DNA from: Octopus sinensis
Lineage: Eukaryota
Reading direction: 5' to 3'
Assembly (NCBI RefSeq): GCF_006345805.1
Contig: NC_043000.1
Location: 76,012,001 to 76,076,000, forward strand
Length of the DNA stretch: 64,000 nucleotides
Made by a program: the position numbers and the translations under genes
In this document: positions 25,900 to 40,331 of the stretch, piece by piece
How positions within the stretch are numbered: position 1 is the first letter of the stretch
How the letters are laid out: the number at the start of each line of letters is the position of its first letter
Notes under the pieces: model-generated
Database searches by the model: none
The model's input: the letters and a program-made list of their open reading frames with translations, nothing else
Told to the model about the DNA's origin: nothing

Positions 25900-26707
25900 T
25901 ATATTGGATAATAAAACGGATGGTTTACACCTTGTAGCTTACTGGTAAAGCACGGTGAGTTTCACAGTGATCGTCATCTATATAGTAAATGAAAGACGAA
26001 AGATGGAATATGCGAGAATTTATTATAAATCGCAATCACGGGTGGGACACTCAACAACTAGTTCAGGAGCATCCGGTGATGCAAATGTGTTGCATCGGGT
26101 GATAAGTAGACACAACTCGTTAAAATAACAGTTCCGCAATGTATCTTCTCATTTCGTAGAAAGAAAAGCAGCAAAAGGAAGCAAATATCTTCATTTACAT
26201 AGAAGATCAAAAGTAAAATCACAGATGCAAAAAAGAAACAAACACGCAATACGGCGAGAAAAGTACTAAAAAATCCATCAACAAATATTGATGTATAAAC
26301 GCCCTCGAGCAAGCTGCATGGCACGTGTATACTCGCTCATACAAGCATCCGCGGAAATATAAGCATACGCACATGTGTGGTTTGGTACACTCACGATCAC
26401 AAAGCGAGTTAACTAGCTACCTGGTATTTATAAGAGTGAGGAGGTTAAAACTAAACTTAATTCATCCATTACTTAAAGTAAATTATGTTAACAGTTACTC
26501 AAATTCATTCCCACTGCATCGTGCGAAAGTACATTTATATACGTGTAGGCACCTTGAAAGTCTTTCAGAAATTCTATTAATGGCCTTCTCATTAGTCTAC
26601 CGAATTTACTATTCTTACTAATTTTTGGAAGCTTAAACCATCCAACCACCTCTTCAGTATCAGAGGGCTAATCTAATTTTAGACTTAAGGCATGTATTTT
26701 CCTGTCA

Positions 26708-26744
<37 letters not shown>

Positions 26745-28900
26745 ATATATATATATTTACTAATAATGCCTATATCGGATTTAGATAATAATCGTTATCG
26801 CAACCATGTAACCAGCCTTAAGGGAATCACTAACAAACATTCAACATCTTTGGACGATTTTGTATGGGAACTGAAGGAGAATAAAATTAAGTACAGCATA
26901 ACTTGGTCCATAGTAAGGCACGGGAAGCAATACAATATCATTTCCAGGAGATGCCGTCTCTACTCCGAGGAAGTACTACTCCTATTGTCTTTAATCAAGC
27001 CCTGGTTTATATCATGAGAAATTCCGATTTGTCCCGACGCGAAATAGTTATTATACTTGCCGCGTGAGCCACTTTAGTAGATTTTGATGGTAGATTATGG
27101 AGTAGATTAGATAGGGAGAATGCTTTTGATATAGCAATGGGGTCATACGACTCTGCATAGGTCACAGGCCTAGTCGGAATATATATCCTTTCATTAATCC
27201 AGTCTTCCTTTCTGGAAGTAACAGGGGGTCTATGCAGGGATAACGCCTTGTTTTTTCTGGATAGAAGTAGCAAAGTACTTAGCAAAGGCTTAGGAAAAAT
27301 TTCTTCAGATTTAAAAAAAAATTAGCATTAAACATTACTATGGGAAAGGATTATCGTAGAGTAAATTTCTTGACGCTACCTTCTGTCTTGATACTAGATT
27401 ATTTGAACCATTTCATAAGTCAAATGATCATTTTAATTACATAAGTGTAGCATTCAACCATCCACCCTCGATAATACGGGGATTAGTTAAGAATATTTCT
27501 ACAAGAATTTCTAGATTATCCGCTAACAATAAAATTTTCCAATCACATGCAATTTATTTTAATGTTGCTTTAGCTAGGGCTGGGTACTGTGAAAAAACAC
27601 AATATATACAAGCAGGTATACACATTATTCACCATCTTAACTTTACGGTTTGAGAAATCACTCAGATAGGAAATACAGACTAGGAAGAAGACAACGAACT
27701 ACTAACAAAAACTCATAGACACACGCAACGTAATAATCCAACTGTTTGTAACACGGTAAATTGTTCCAACACACTCAATCAAATAAGCCTAACAATAGAT
27801 AGAGGAATCAGGATGTCCTCTGGTTCAACCCGATTTTCGGTTTGCATGTTTCAACCAAAATCACTGGAAAATATTTTGCCACTTTGGATAAATGTTTTCC
27901 TAAATCTAATTGATATTCACATAAGGTCGTATTCTAACAAGTGGTGACCCGCCGATGTTTTCGATCATACAACCATTTTATGTTCATTCGAACATCCCAC
28001 ATAGGTGACTTAGTGCCAGTTAAATTGACCAACCGTTCGAATATCATATTTGCTTCAATTTTATCGTCGTTTTGTCTACAACAAAACGTCTGGCAATATT
28101 GCTATCTTCATTGCTATATTCACAGTTTGAGAAAAACATTAGGAATGATCTCGTTTGAGATTACAAACATCTTTGGCTAGTTTAACCTTGTTGTGTCCAC
28201 TGATCTGATTGGTTAGCATCTAAGCGCGGTCTGTCTCTCTACTTATTTCGCGCCAGTGTGTAAACTGACCAATCACGGCTTTCGGATAGGACCTTTCATT
28301 TGAGCCATCTTAACTCCATAAATAGGCTGATTATTTGATGATTCACCGTCTTTCGGCTTAAGACCTTTTAAGGTCTTGGTCGGAGACCATACAGAGCTTA
28401 CTCAACCATGTTCCAGTTCGAAAGGCAGACGACAGCCAAGTCAACCATACTATGAAGACGCTATTGTAAACCAGCGACAGACAGAACGTCATCACCAGCA
28501 TCGTCTCCATCTACGAAGATTTCAACTTGTACTCAACAAGACAAATACAGATTCAACTGATGCTGTTAGTGTGAAAACCTCACCACGGAAAAACAGTTGC
28601 AGTATATATATCTGAAAGAATATCTATATCAAGAGAAAAATATGCACAACAAGTGATTCAACTAATCTCCGCTCCGAGACTCAAATCTTGTATAGAACTC
28701 ATTATCGTGTACTACATGAACTGGTAAAATAACTCTAAAATAACTCCATTTTAACTCAAATTGTTGAGACTTCTCTTATGCTCTCTTGTATTCGCATGCA
28801 CCTTATTCTGTACTTCTGTCGCACACACGAACACAAAGACACAAATATTATAAGCATGCATTCATGACACAACACTACGCTAATAATCACAAATCACTTT
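25900..28900 (+). mobile_element. Rearranged Penelope-like element fragments
   Basis: 26766-27017 gives RYRNHVTS...FVWELKE...WSIV...CRL. ~27330-27580 gives VNFLDATF...FEPFHK...YISVAFNHPPSII. The C-terminal piece precedes the RT piece. Confidence 0.65.
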
Positions 28901-29369
28901 GTACACCGTGAATAAAATCTATCTTCTCTTTATAAAAGTAGAACGGTTTTTGGCGTCCTTTATTCATTTACTTTGGCACTGTATACAAACATGTATTATG
29001 GCTTCTATAACAATATGTTATGTTGGGATGCGGCCGTGCGCTGTACAAGAGGAGAAATATGTCACCAAACTCCTCACGTACGGCCGTATTCTAACAAGTG
29101 GTTTGTAATCTCAAACGAGATCATTCCTAATGTTTTTCTCAAACAGTGAAGATAGCAATGAAGATAGCAATATTGCTACAATATCATGCTAGTTTTACTT
29201 GGTACACCGTGAAGGTACCCTACGCCAACTCTACTAATTTAGAGCAGCTTATGCATCGCATAATCAATAGTAAAATGTGACAAAGGCTCAATAACCCACC
29301 TACTGGATCTAGTGAACATACGCATCTAAATACCAACAAAGGAGAAGTAAACCGCAATGAAAAGCACCA

Positions 29370-30004
29370 ATTATGGACAAATTGTAATAGTAGAAGTAAT
29401 TATGATACAGCTAACACGGTAACAATATTCTAAAATATGCAGAAAAGTAATAGCTTCTGGATTATAAAGAAATTCTCCAATTGTGTTTGCTACGCAGTCT
29501 GACGAGAATGAACCAGAAGTATTTTCAGACTCCTTCAACATTACTTCCAGTAACTGTTGGTATTGTTGTAGTTGCTGTTGTTGTTGTTTTTGTTGCTGTT
29601 GCACCTTTACCACGGAAACCAATAAGTCTTCCAAGTTAATAATTTTTTTCTTTGATTTCGCATCAAAAAAAAATTAACGTCCGAATCAAGCTTCGAATAC
29701 CTCGTCGCCACTTTTATATCCTAGACAAACGTTGGATATATGATTTAACGATGCGGAGGTAAGATCAATGTGTTCACACGACGTACTTCGCGAATCTCCA
29801 AAACGCCTTCCCAACGATACTACCGACCTCGTCTCAACACTACTCTTCCAATCCCTCAGGGCTGTTGTGACTCTCGCCACAACACCAATAATAACTGGTG
29901 CACAATGCCAGTAATAACTGATGCGTTTAGTAACTGAGTACCTAACTGTTAGTCTGGATAAGCTTGAATTTTCAGAAAAAGAAATCCACCAACTGACTCG
30001 CACA
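29370..30004 (-). mobile_element. Ty3/Gypsy fragment: 5' LTR (~30004-29715), PBS (29710-29700) and gag N-terminus
   Basis: TGGCGACGAGG PBS-type motif followed by MEDLL...QQQQ...FSSDCVANTIGEFLYNPE, a Gypsy gag N-terminal pattern. Truncated afterwards. Confidence 0.65.
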
Positions 30005-30133
30005 TTATAAATACAGGTTTAAAATGTGACATTGTTTTCCTTATCTACATTCCAATGATGGAGCTTTGTATCTTTGTTAGAAAACAACTCCTTCATCAAA
30101 GGAAGAATTTAAATAATTAAACACAGAAAATAC

Positions 30134-30214
30134 ATACAGACATACACACATACATACATACATACATACATACATACATACATACATACATACATACATA
30201 CATACATACATACA

Positions 30215-30245
<31 letters not shown>
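30134..30245. repeat. (CATA)n microsatellite; further (CATA/TATG)n arrays at ~21140-21195, 31410-31470, 32010-32110, 33720-33853, 33960-34035 and 35540-35620
   Basis: Direct reading. Confidence 0.97.
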
Positions 30246-30246
<1 letters not shown>

Positions 30247-30249
30247 AAC

Positions 30250-30640
30250 TAGGTGCATTCCAGAAATTTTAAAAACTTTTTCAGTAGAGAAATTTATTAA
30301 TTTTAAAGAATTACAAAACTCTAAGCTCCATCGAATTGTTATTTTCTAACGTCAGTGCACTTTTTGTAGCGCTCCAGCTACTTCCAGCCATGGAAGTCCT
30401 CCAAAATGAGGGTGTCGAGGACCCTTATCACAACCTCCTCCATCTTCAAAACGATTGCTCCTTTTGATTTCCTTCAGTTTGGGCAACAACCAAATGTCAC
30501 AGGGAGCAAGGTCTGGACTGCTTATGGAGGGTGTCAGGTAATTGATTACCAGGATGCTTCTCACCGAACACTCTGGGAACAAACTTTGCACAAGCTTTGC
30601 GTATGTTCAAATCGTCATGAATACTTCTGTGTACACTAAA
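30250..30640 (-). mobile_element. Mariner 3' fragment
   Basis: SPDLAPCDIWLLPKLKEIK...RFED. Confidence 0.75.
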
Positions 30641-30945
30641 GTCACTTCAGGGTGAAGTGACTTTATATATAAGGGAACTGCTATTATGTATATCAGAAAA
30701 TATATGTCAAAATAATTTGTTGGGCTTCTATGTTTTTTTTAAATAAGTGATTATGTTATATAATATTATGTTGTATTATATTCATAGTATATCATGTAAT
30801 ATTATAATATAAATAAATTATTGGATTGTCAATAGTAACTCTCTAATTCATCTTTGTGACTGCATTATACCAATATTTATATGGTATTCAACTGACGTAC
30901 CAGTGAATGGGATGTTTAACACACCCCTTTGAAGGATTTGTTACG

Positions 30946-30995
<50 letters not shown>

Positions 30996-32199
30996 ATGGG
31001 CAACGGCCAAAGTGATTAAGGTGTCGCACTCACGATCGCAAAATCGGTTTCATTTCCTTGACTGGGAGGTGCATTGTGTTCTTGTGCAAAGCACTTCGCT
31101 TTACGTTGCCCTGCAATCACTCCCACGCCTGACGAGTGCTACACCGTGCACCTGATCAAGCAACATTGCTTTCATGGAGGGCTTCAGCTAATATACAGCA
31201 CATATATTTGATCAGGGTACACAAATCATTTACGTCGGTTGTTCAGCAAGAAATTGCAGAACCGTCTTTCGCGGATAACGAGAAACTGCCATCGTACATA
31301 CATACATATGTGTCTGTATGTATGTGCGTGTGTGTATACATACATGCACATATATATGTATTTTGTATGTATTATGTATGCATATTGTATGTACGTTTGT
31401 ACGTACGTATGTATGTATGTATGTATGTATGTATGTATGTATGTATGTATGTATGTATGTATGTATGTATGAGTGAACGTGAGAGAGCAGTACATACCAT
31501 CAACGTGACACTGGGGTAAAATATACGAAACCCAGTATACCCATCATGTCTACCCGTCTGATAAGGGTACATGCATCACAACCATATGTGCGGGACATGG
31601 TGATCTCATATCAAGATAAACAGCACATGACATTGCAGGTGGTGCCCCAGTTAGAATTTTCTTCAGGTTGAGTAGCCCATCCCACTCAAAAGGTCCCTGA
31701 ATAAGGGTTGTTTAAGGATGTTGAACGAAACACCCATGTTTCCACAGGGAAACTATCCAAACCCCAAATAATTCCTCTCGACACATGGCTATGATGTTCC
31801 CCCACTACTGCTCATGATCAGAGATGCACATATCGTCAGCAACTAAGGGACATACTCAACTGGTTAAGGTCAAACAACTAACTGACAAGGAAATCTGTGG
31901 TACTGAGCAGAACATTTGCTGTAGCCCATCTTTTATACCAATGTACATGATAACACTTCGAATCAGTTAAGATGAGAAGCCATGAGAGCCACTATCTGGT
32001 ACAGCGTGTATGTATGTATGTATGTATGTATGTATGTATGTATGTATGTATGTATGTATGTATGTATGTATGTATGTATGTATGTATGATTGTATGTATG
32101 TATGTATGATTGTATGTATGTGTGTATGTATCGTAGTCACAGGTGTGGAACATGTAGAACATATAACAGCAACTTCAAATATTTGGATACTGGTTCTCA

Positions 32200-32400
32200 T
32201 AAAATTTAAATGTGGATTTCCTTCCAAGTAAATATAGATATGAACTGCAAGACACAGAATCTCATATACTGCATTACGTACCACTATTGCAAGGAAAATT
32301 ACATTGGCGAAACCAACAATTCCCTTTGCCAAGGTGCAGGAATCTCAGACAACACATCAGACCTAAAGACTTGCGTAGGATTCCGCAATCTGTACACTAC
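32200..32400 (+). mobile_element. GIY-YIG endonuclease fragment (Penelope-like)
   Basis: MNCKTQNLIYCIT...CKENYIGET. Confidence 0.7.
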
Positions 32401-32436
32401 TTCAAACAATCTATACATACATGCATACGTACATAA

Positions 32437-33853
32437 GAATATTACAGCCGAGTAAAGAAACTTTGAGCCTCAGAACTCTCTGAATTCAATAAAACAGTGG
32501 CCCACAATGTGTTTTGCAAGCCAGTACTCATACCAACATTTGTGCTGCTTGATTGGACGCTTCATGAGAGCCTAGGCATTGATATGAAAACCCGAAAAAT
32601 ACAAACAATCACACATAATTTCAACATCAACAGAGACATAGACTGCTTCTACTTAAAATGAAAACAAGGCGCAAAGGTTTAACATCGATCCTAACTGCCT
32701 TCGAATGTCGTATCATATCCCTCCGGCAACATCTTTTAACCACCAAGTGTCAAAGTGCATCCCTTGATCAAGTTTGCATATATGAGGCTGATAACATCAT
32801 AAGACTTGGAAGGCAGTTCCTTGAGCAACATTCCTTGTCTGATAACCTAGAATACATGCCCAGAGAAGTCGCACGCCTCTACCGCAATATATCATCAAAT
32901 GAAAGGACTATGCATGGATATGTTAGAAAGCTCTGAGATGATAGTAACATTGATCATCAAAGCAGTCTATAATGGACCAATAGCGGGATTACTACCTCTC
33001 ACTTTGAAGGGTATGCATTTGCAATCCAGGAACAAGAAATATCAACATGACGCACAAAAGGGATGGAGATGCAGGAAAAGCGGTAAAATGTGACACTCGA
33101 CGCAGACTTTGCATAGTTAATACCAAAGATATCACCCACATCATAAGCAGTTGTCTGAAAATGATGTTGTAGCTAGGTCATTCTATATTGAAATCTGTCG
33201 GAAGGATAATCCCGAGGACAAAGAAATAAGAACCCATAGTATGGTAGAAGCTATAGTCACTCATGATAAAAAGGAATACTGGTGGAATGTCCCAGTGAAG
33301 ACCTCAATAAAATATAAGCACAACAGACTTGATATAATGATTTGGGATACAGAAGAGAAAACTGTGTACATTTGTGGAAATTAGCAGCTCAGCGGATGTT
33401 AACAGTGAAAAAGAGAATATCTACGCTGAATTATTGAGAAATCTGCTGTTACTCTATCCAGATTACAAGTTTAGGTTTATACCTGTAATTATTGGGGCCC
33501 TGGGATATGTAACACACTGCCTAAATACCAATCTTGAGAAAATAGATTTCTCAAAACCAGAAAGGAGAAAGCTAATTCGAAGACTACAGATCCAATCCAT
33601 CACTGGAACTGTAAAACTTTACAGTTTATCATCTAAATATATATATGAGCATGTCTATATATGCAAGTATATTCATGAGAATACATACATAAAACAAAAC
33701 ATACAAATCTGTACATATACATACATACATACATACATACATGCATGCATGCATGCATACATACATACATACATACATACATACATAATACATACATACA
33801 TACATACATACATACAACATACATACATACATACATACATACATACATACATA
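32437..33853 (+). mobile_element. R4/Dong-like RLE non-LTR retrotransposon, 3' fragment, copy A, ending in (CATA)n
   Basis: GRGL...FECRIISL, KHNRLDI.IWD, EIS...EKENIYAELL, FIPVIIGALG, and a microsatellite tail. Confidence 0.82.
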
Positions 33854-34006
33854 CAAAAAAATACCCTGGTGTTTATGTTGAAATTCTAATGAAGTAGCCT
33901 TGGACCTAGGTTAGGAATCGGTTCTTTATCGATTGGCAAGAAATCTTGAACAATCAAATGCATACATACATACATACATACATACATACATACATACATA
34001 CATACA

Positions 34007-34038
<32 letters not shown>

Positions 34039-34039
34039 G

Positions 34040-35592
34040 GACATACAGTTGGAGTTTGGTCAGGAGAAATGTTACTATATGGTTGTGAAAAGAGGAAAAA
34101 CTGTAAATCAGACTAGCAGCATGAAGAACGTTACAGGTATCTAGAATGGATGAAAACATATCTTACAATGGCACCTGTAACAAAACACGTGTCACTAAAG
34201 AATATTACAGCCGAATAAAGAAACTTTGGACCTCGAAACTCTCTGTATTCAATAAAACAGTGGCCCACAATGTGTTTGCAGTGTCAGTACTCATACCAAC
34301 ATTTGGGCTGCTTAACTGGAGACTTCATGAGATCAGAGCCAATGTTGTGAAAACCCGAAAGATACTAACAAGCACACATAATTTCTACATCAACAGTGAC
34401 GCAGACCGCCTCTACCTAAAGCGAAAACAAGGCGGCAGAGGCTTAACATCGATCCTAACTGCTTTTGAATGTCGTATCATATCCCTCTAGCAACATCTTT
34501 TAACCATCAAGTTTCGAACTGTATCCCTTCACCAAATTTGCATATATATGGTTGATAACATCATAAGTAGCACCTTGTGCAACATTCCTTGTCTGATAAC
34601 CTTGAATAAATGCCCAGAAAAGTCGCACGACTGTGCCGCAACATATCATCAGATGAAAGGATGAGCGTATATGAGCAGAAGATTATGCATGGGTATGTTA
34701 GTAGAAAGCTCGAAAATGATAGTAACATTGATCATCAAAGCAATCTATTATGGACCAACAACCGGATTACTAACTCCCACTTTGAAGAGTATGCGTTTGC
34801 AATCTAGGAATAGGAAATATCAATCAAATATTACTTGATACACAAAAAGGACAGGGATTCAAGAAAAACAGCAAAATGTGACATCCGATGTAGATTTTGC
34901 GGAGTTTACACTGAAAATATCACTCACATTATAAGCAGTTGTCCGAAAATGTCATCACGGTATTATTTACTGATGAAACATGATGTAGCTAAGACACTGT
35001 ATTGCAAGATCCGTTGGAAGGATAACCCCGGGTACAAAGAAATAAGAATCCACAGTATGGTAGAAGTCATAGCCAGTCATAATAAAAAGGAGTACTTGTA
35101 GAATGTTCCAGCGAAAACCTCAATAAAATGTAGACATTATAGACCTGACATAAGTCATTTGGAATAAAGAAGAGAAATCAGCTGCCCAGCAGATGTTAAC
35201 ATAAAGCTGAAGATCAACGAAAGAGAAAATGCTTACGCTGAACTATTGAGGAATCTACAGCAACTCTATCCAAATTACAAGTTCAGGTTTATACCTATAA
35301 TTATTGGGGCACTAAGATATGTAACACACTACCTAACTACTAATCTTGAGAAATTAGGCTTCTCAAAACCAGAAAGGAGAAAGCTAATTCGAAGACTACA
35401 GATCCAATCCATCACTGGAACTGTAAAAATCTGTAAAACTTTTCAGAAGTTTATCATTTAAGTATATATGGACATGTCTACATATGCAACTATATGCATG
35501 AGAATACATACATAAAACAAAACATACAAATCTGCACATATACATACATACATACATACATACATACATACATACATACATACATACATACA

Positions 35593-35620
<28 letters not shown>
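34040..35620 (+). mobile_element. R4/Dong-like RLE non-LTR retrotransposon, 3' fragment, copy B, ending in (CATA)n
   Basis: EFGQEKC...KRGK, LYLKRKQGGRGL, the CCHC motif CRFC...HIISSC, KHD, RPD, and EKENAY. Collinear with copy A. Confidence 0.85.
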
Positions 35621-35624
<4 letters not shown>

Positions 35625-35851
35625 CACAGTCACATGCATACATATTTTATTCGCAATGTTTGTGATTTCCAAGATAATCTGGAACAATACAGTTCCAACT
35701 CCATAGAATGTTCCTCACACTGCTCAGTCTTACCTTCTTCATGAGATTGTTGCTGGTGATTGTTATTATTTTTCTTGTTAACTAGTTAGTGAAAACTATG
35801 CCTTCTCTTATTCCTTAACTCCTGAATTGATTTCTTATAAACTTTGAATAT

Positions 35852-35906
<55 letters not shown>

Positions 35907-35964
35907 CAAAGTTTATTCCTCTTATTCTCTTATTCCTTAACTCCTGAATGATTTCTTATAAACT

Positions 35965-36012
<48 letters not shown>

Positions 36013-36072
36013 TATATATATATTCAAAGTTATAAGAAATCAATTCAGGAGTTAAGGAATAAGAGAAGGCAT

Positions 36073-36893
<821 letters not shown>

Positions 36894-37064
36894 GGAGCTT
36901 CTACAGGACTAGAACTGTTTCATTCAAAGAAATCATCCTGATGATTTCTTTTGAATGAAACAGTTCTAGTCCTGTAGAAGCTCCTTCTATAAAATAAATT
37001 AAGTTACTCTGCTATGTATTGAGTACCTTATTTACTGTGGTTAACCCCGACTCAACCCGGGACC

Positions 37065-37152
<88 letters not shown>

Positions 37153-37563
37153 AAGTGTACGTACGCTGCTATATTTTATATATGAAAAGTACAAAAATGG
37201 GACAAGAACGCAAAATATCCGGACAGTTAGGTGAAACAAAAAAGTTAGGGACAAAAAAGGGACAACAAAATATTCAGACAGACGATACAAGGAAAACAAG
37301 GATGAATCAGTCGGAGTTTTCTATCCTCAGTCGGGTTCCAGATTATCTTTGCAATTTCGGCTGGTTATACTCGAGATTGCTCCAATCTGGCCAGCCCCAA
37401 GGAAAAAATAAGCTAAGGGCATAACATTCCTTGGAAGAAAGCAGCGAATGTATACGATAGAAAACTCTGAATGATCCGTCCTTGTTTTCCTTGTATCGTC
37501 TGTCTTTTGTTGTCCATTTTTGTTTCACTTGTTTGGATGTTTTGCGCTCTTGTCCCAAATTTG

Positions 37564-37601
<38 letters not shown>

Positions 37602-37635
37602 GGAGAAATTGTACTATATATACATACATACATAT

Positions 37636-37709
<74 letters not shown>

Positions 37710-37744
37710 CATATATATATACATATATATACATATACATTTAC

Positions 37745-37820
<76 letters not shown>

Positions 37821-37844
37821 TATATATATAAATATACTCTCTCT

Positions 37845-38222
37845 TTTACTCTTTTACTTGTTTCAGTCATTTGACTGCGGCCATGCTGGAGCACAGCCTT
37901 TAGTCGAGCAAATCGACCCCGGGACTTATTCTTTGTAATCCCAGTACTTTTTCTATCGGTCTCTTTTTGCCGAACCGCTAGGTGACGGGGACATAAACAC
38001 ACCAGCATCGGTTGTCAAGCAATGATAGGGGGACAAACACAGACACACAAACATATATACGACAGGCTTCTTTCAGTTTCCGTCTACCAAATCCACTCAC
38101 AAGGCATTGGTCGGCCCGGGGCTATAGCAGAAGACACTTGCTCAAGATGCCACGCAGTGGGACTGAACCCGGAACCATGTGGCTGGTTAGCAAGCTACTT
38201 ACCACACAGCCACTCCTGCGCC
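37845..38222 (-). mobile_element. Family-A SINE, full length
   Basis: Matches the 23556-24030 and 63210-63595 copies along its length. Confidence 0.88.
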
Positions 38223-38284
38223 TGGTGATGCAGACAGGAAAAATAGAACTCAAAATATGAGTATATGTATATTTTATTTTTTAA

Positions 38285-38404
38285 TATTTAGCAGAAGTAA
38301 CAGAGTGATTCATGGTCCGAGAATTTCGTGCGTTGGTACTTATCAATAAGTGCCAATGCAGGAAACTCTTGGAATTTGAGTCACTCTGTTACTTCTGTTA
38401 AATA
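38285..38404. mobile_element. 120-bp MITE with 28-bp TIRs
   Basis: tatttagcagaagtaacagagtgattca ... tgagtcactctgttacttctgttaaata (2 mismatches). Confidence 0.75.
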
Positions 38405-38413
38405 CCAATACAA

Positions 38414-38470
<57 letters not shown>

Positions 38471-38590
38471 TGCTTGACAATTAATGATGATTTAATTTTT
38501 CTTTTATGGTTTTATAGCTGCTTATATTAATTTATAGTATATACATAAGCACATCGCTAAATAAGCCATAAATTTATATGGTAAATTATA

Positions 38591-38637
<47 letters not shown>

Positions 38638-39919
38638 GTGTGTGTGTGTGTGGTGTGTGTATATATATATATAAGATGAAACTTACTTGGAAGAGGATGC
38701 GTGGCATTCGATCATTTAATAATATAAATAATATATAAATATATGCATATATACATACATATATGTACATACCTACATATATATCTATATACACATGCAT
38801 ATAGGGGTACAGGAGGTGGGAAAACGTTGAACTGAATGAGAAACGAAAACATAAAAACAAAAACATAAAAACGAACTTTTTTTCAAACAACGAAAGAAAA
38901 ACAGAGTACAAGACATACAACACAAGGAATATTCCCCTTCTTCAGTTGTCCCTGTTTCATCTACTTCGTGTTCCGAAAATAAGGACAAGACGCGACTTCG
39001 TTGAAAGAGTCCTTCCCGATAAGCAAATTAATTAAATTTAAGGTTTTTTTGCGGAGGGGTAAAAATGGTAACAAGAACACGACAGTAAGAACAAAACATG
39101 ACAGTAAAACAATAAAAAAGTAAAAACAGTAAAAGACAGATAACTGAGAATAACACAGTAAAAACAAACGATGAGGGTTGTTAAACCAAGACGATGGAAA
39201 AATTATTCTGAACGCTTATGGAGACAGCTTATGAGAGAAAAAGGATAAGCGGTCTGGTCTTGGTGAAGATAGCAGTTGGAAAGATGGCTCCCCTCTGATC
39301 CTGTGTCAGTGACGAGAGAGTCGAGGAGGAGGAGGAGGAGGAGGAGGAAGAAAGGGATCGGTGAAGGGGAGAGAAGAAGAATAGGGAAAGGTGAGAGAGA
39401 AAACCAGAAAGGATGAAGAACAAGAGAGGAAGAGAGATAGACAGAGAAGAAATAGTAAAGGAGAAGAGTGCGCATCATAATTATTAAGATAAAACTTACT
39501 TGGAAAAGGATGCGTGGCGTTCGATCATATAATAATATAAATAATATATAAATATATACATATATACATACATATATGTATATACCTACATATATATGTA
39601 TACACACACACACACACACACACACCGACAGACGAATTTAGCTAAACCAACCGAGCAATGAAGTAGGCACTGCGGACGAGTTTGGAACATAAAGACGATA
39701 CTAGTCCAATGCTTCTAGCTTTGTACATGGGTCGATTATCTCCCCTGTCAATGTGTACAAATTGTGCACCTCATGCGGCTTTAAGGGTTTTAACTCTTAT
39801 TTCTTACAATATAGGTGCTATTCAGCACCCTCCGTCACAATTATTGACGATTAAATTTTTCCTTTATAGTTTATAAGCCTAGCTGCTTATATTAATTTTT
39901 AGTATATATATATATGTAT

Positions 39920-39953
<34 letters not shown>

Positions 39954-40025
39954 ACCGCGTGTGTACCGTTGGCGATTATTTTCCCTCTGTCTTCCCTTCT
40001 CTGGATCCTTCCTTCTCCTATGTTT

Positions 40026-40052
40026 CCGACGAAGAGCTCCGCTCGAAACGTT
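40026..40052 (+). ncRNA. Minimal hammerhead-ribozyme-like motif (variant core)
   Basis: CCGACGA-A-GAGC-TCC-GCTC-GAAAC-GTT. Related motifs at 50176-50202 (-) and 61388-61412 (+). The core departs from CUGANGA, so activity is unproven. Confidence 0.45.
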
Positions 40053-40156
40053 AAGCCCTCCTTCTTTCCTTCTTTCCTCAGCGTCCAATAATACTATATT
40101 TGTTCCACGTCGTCGCGTTGTTGTGTTTTCTCTTTGTGTTTTCATGTTTGGATTAA

Positions 40157-40245
<89 letters not shown>

Positions 40246-40331
40246 ACACACACACGCGCGCGCGCGCACACACACACACATACACACACACACACACGTA
40301 GGAGTGGTTGCGTGGTAAGTAGCTCGCTAAC

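Noticed and set aside
29500-29600. Poly-glutamine ORF as a host transcription-factor exon
   Set aside because: It follows a PBS and LTR and continues into a Gypsy gag motif.
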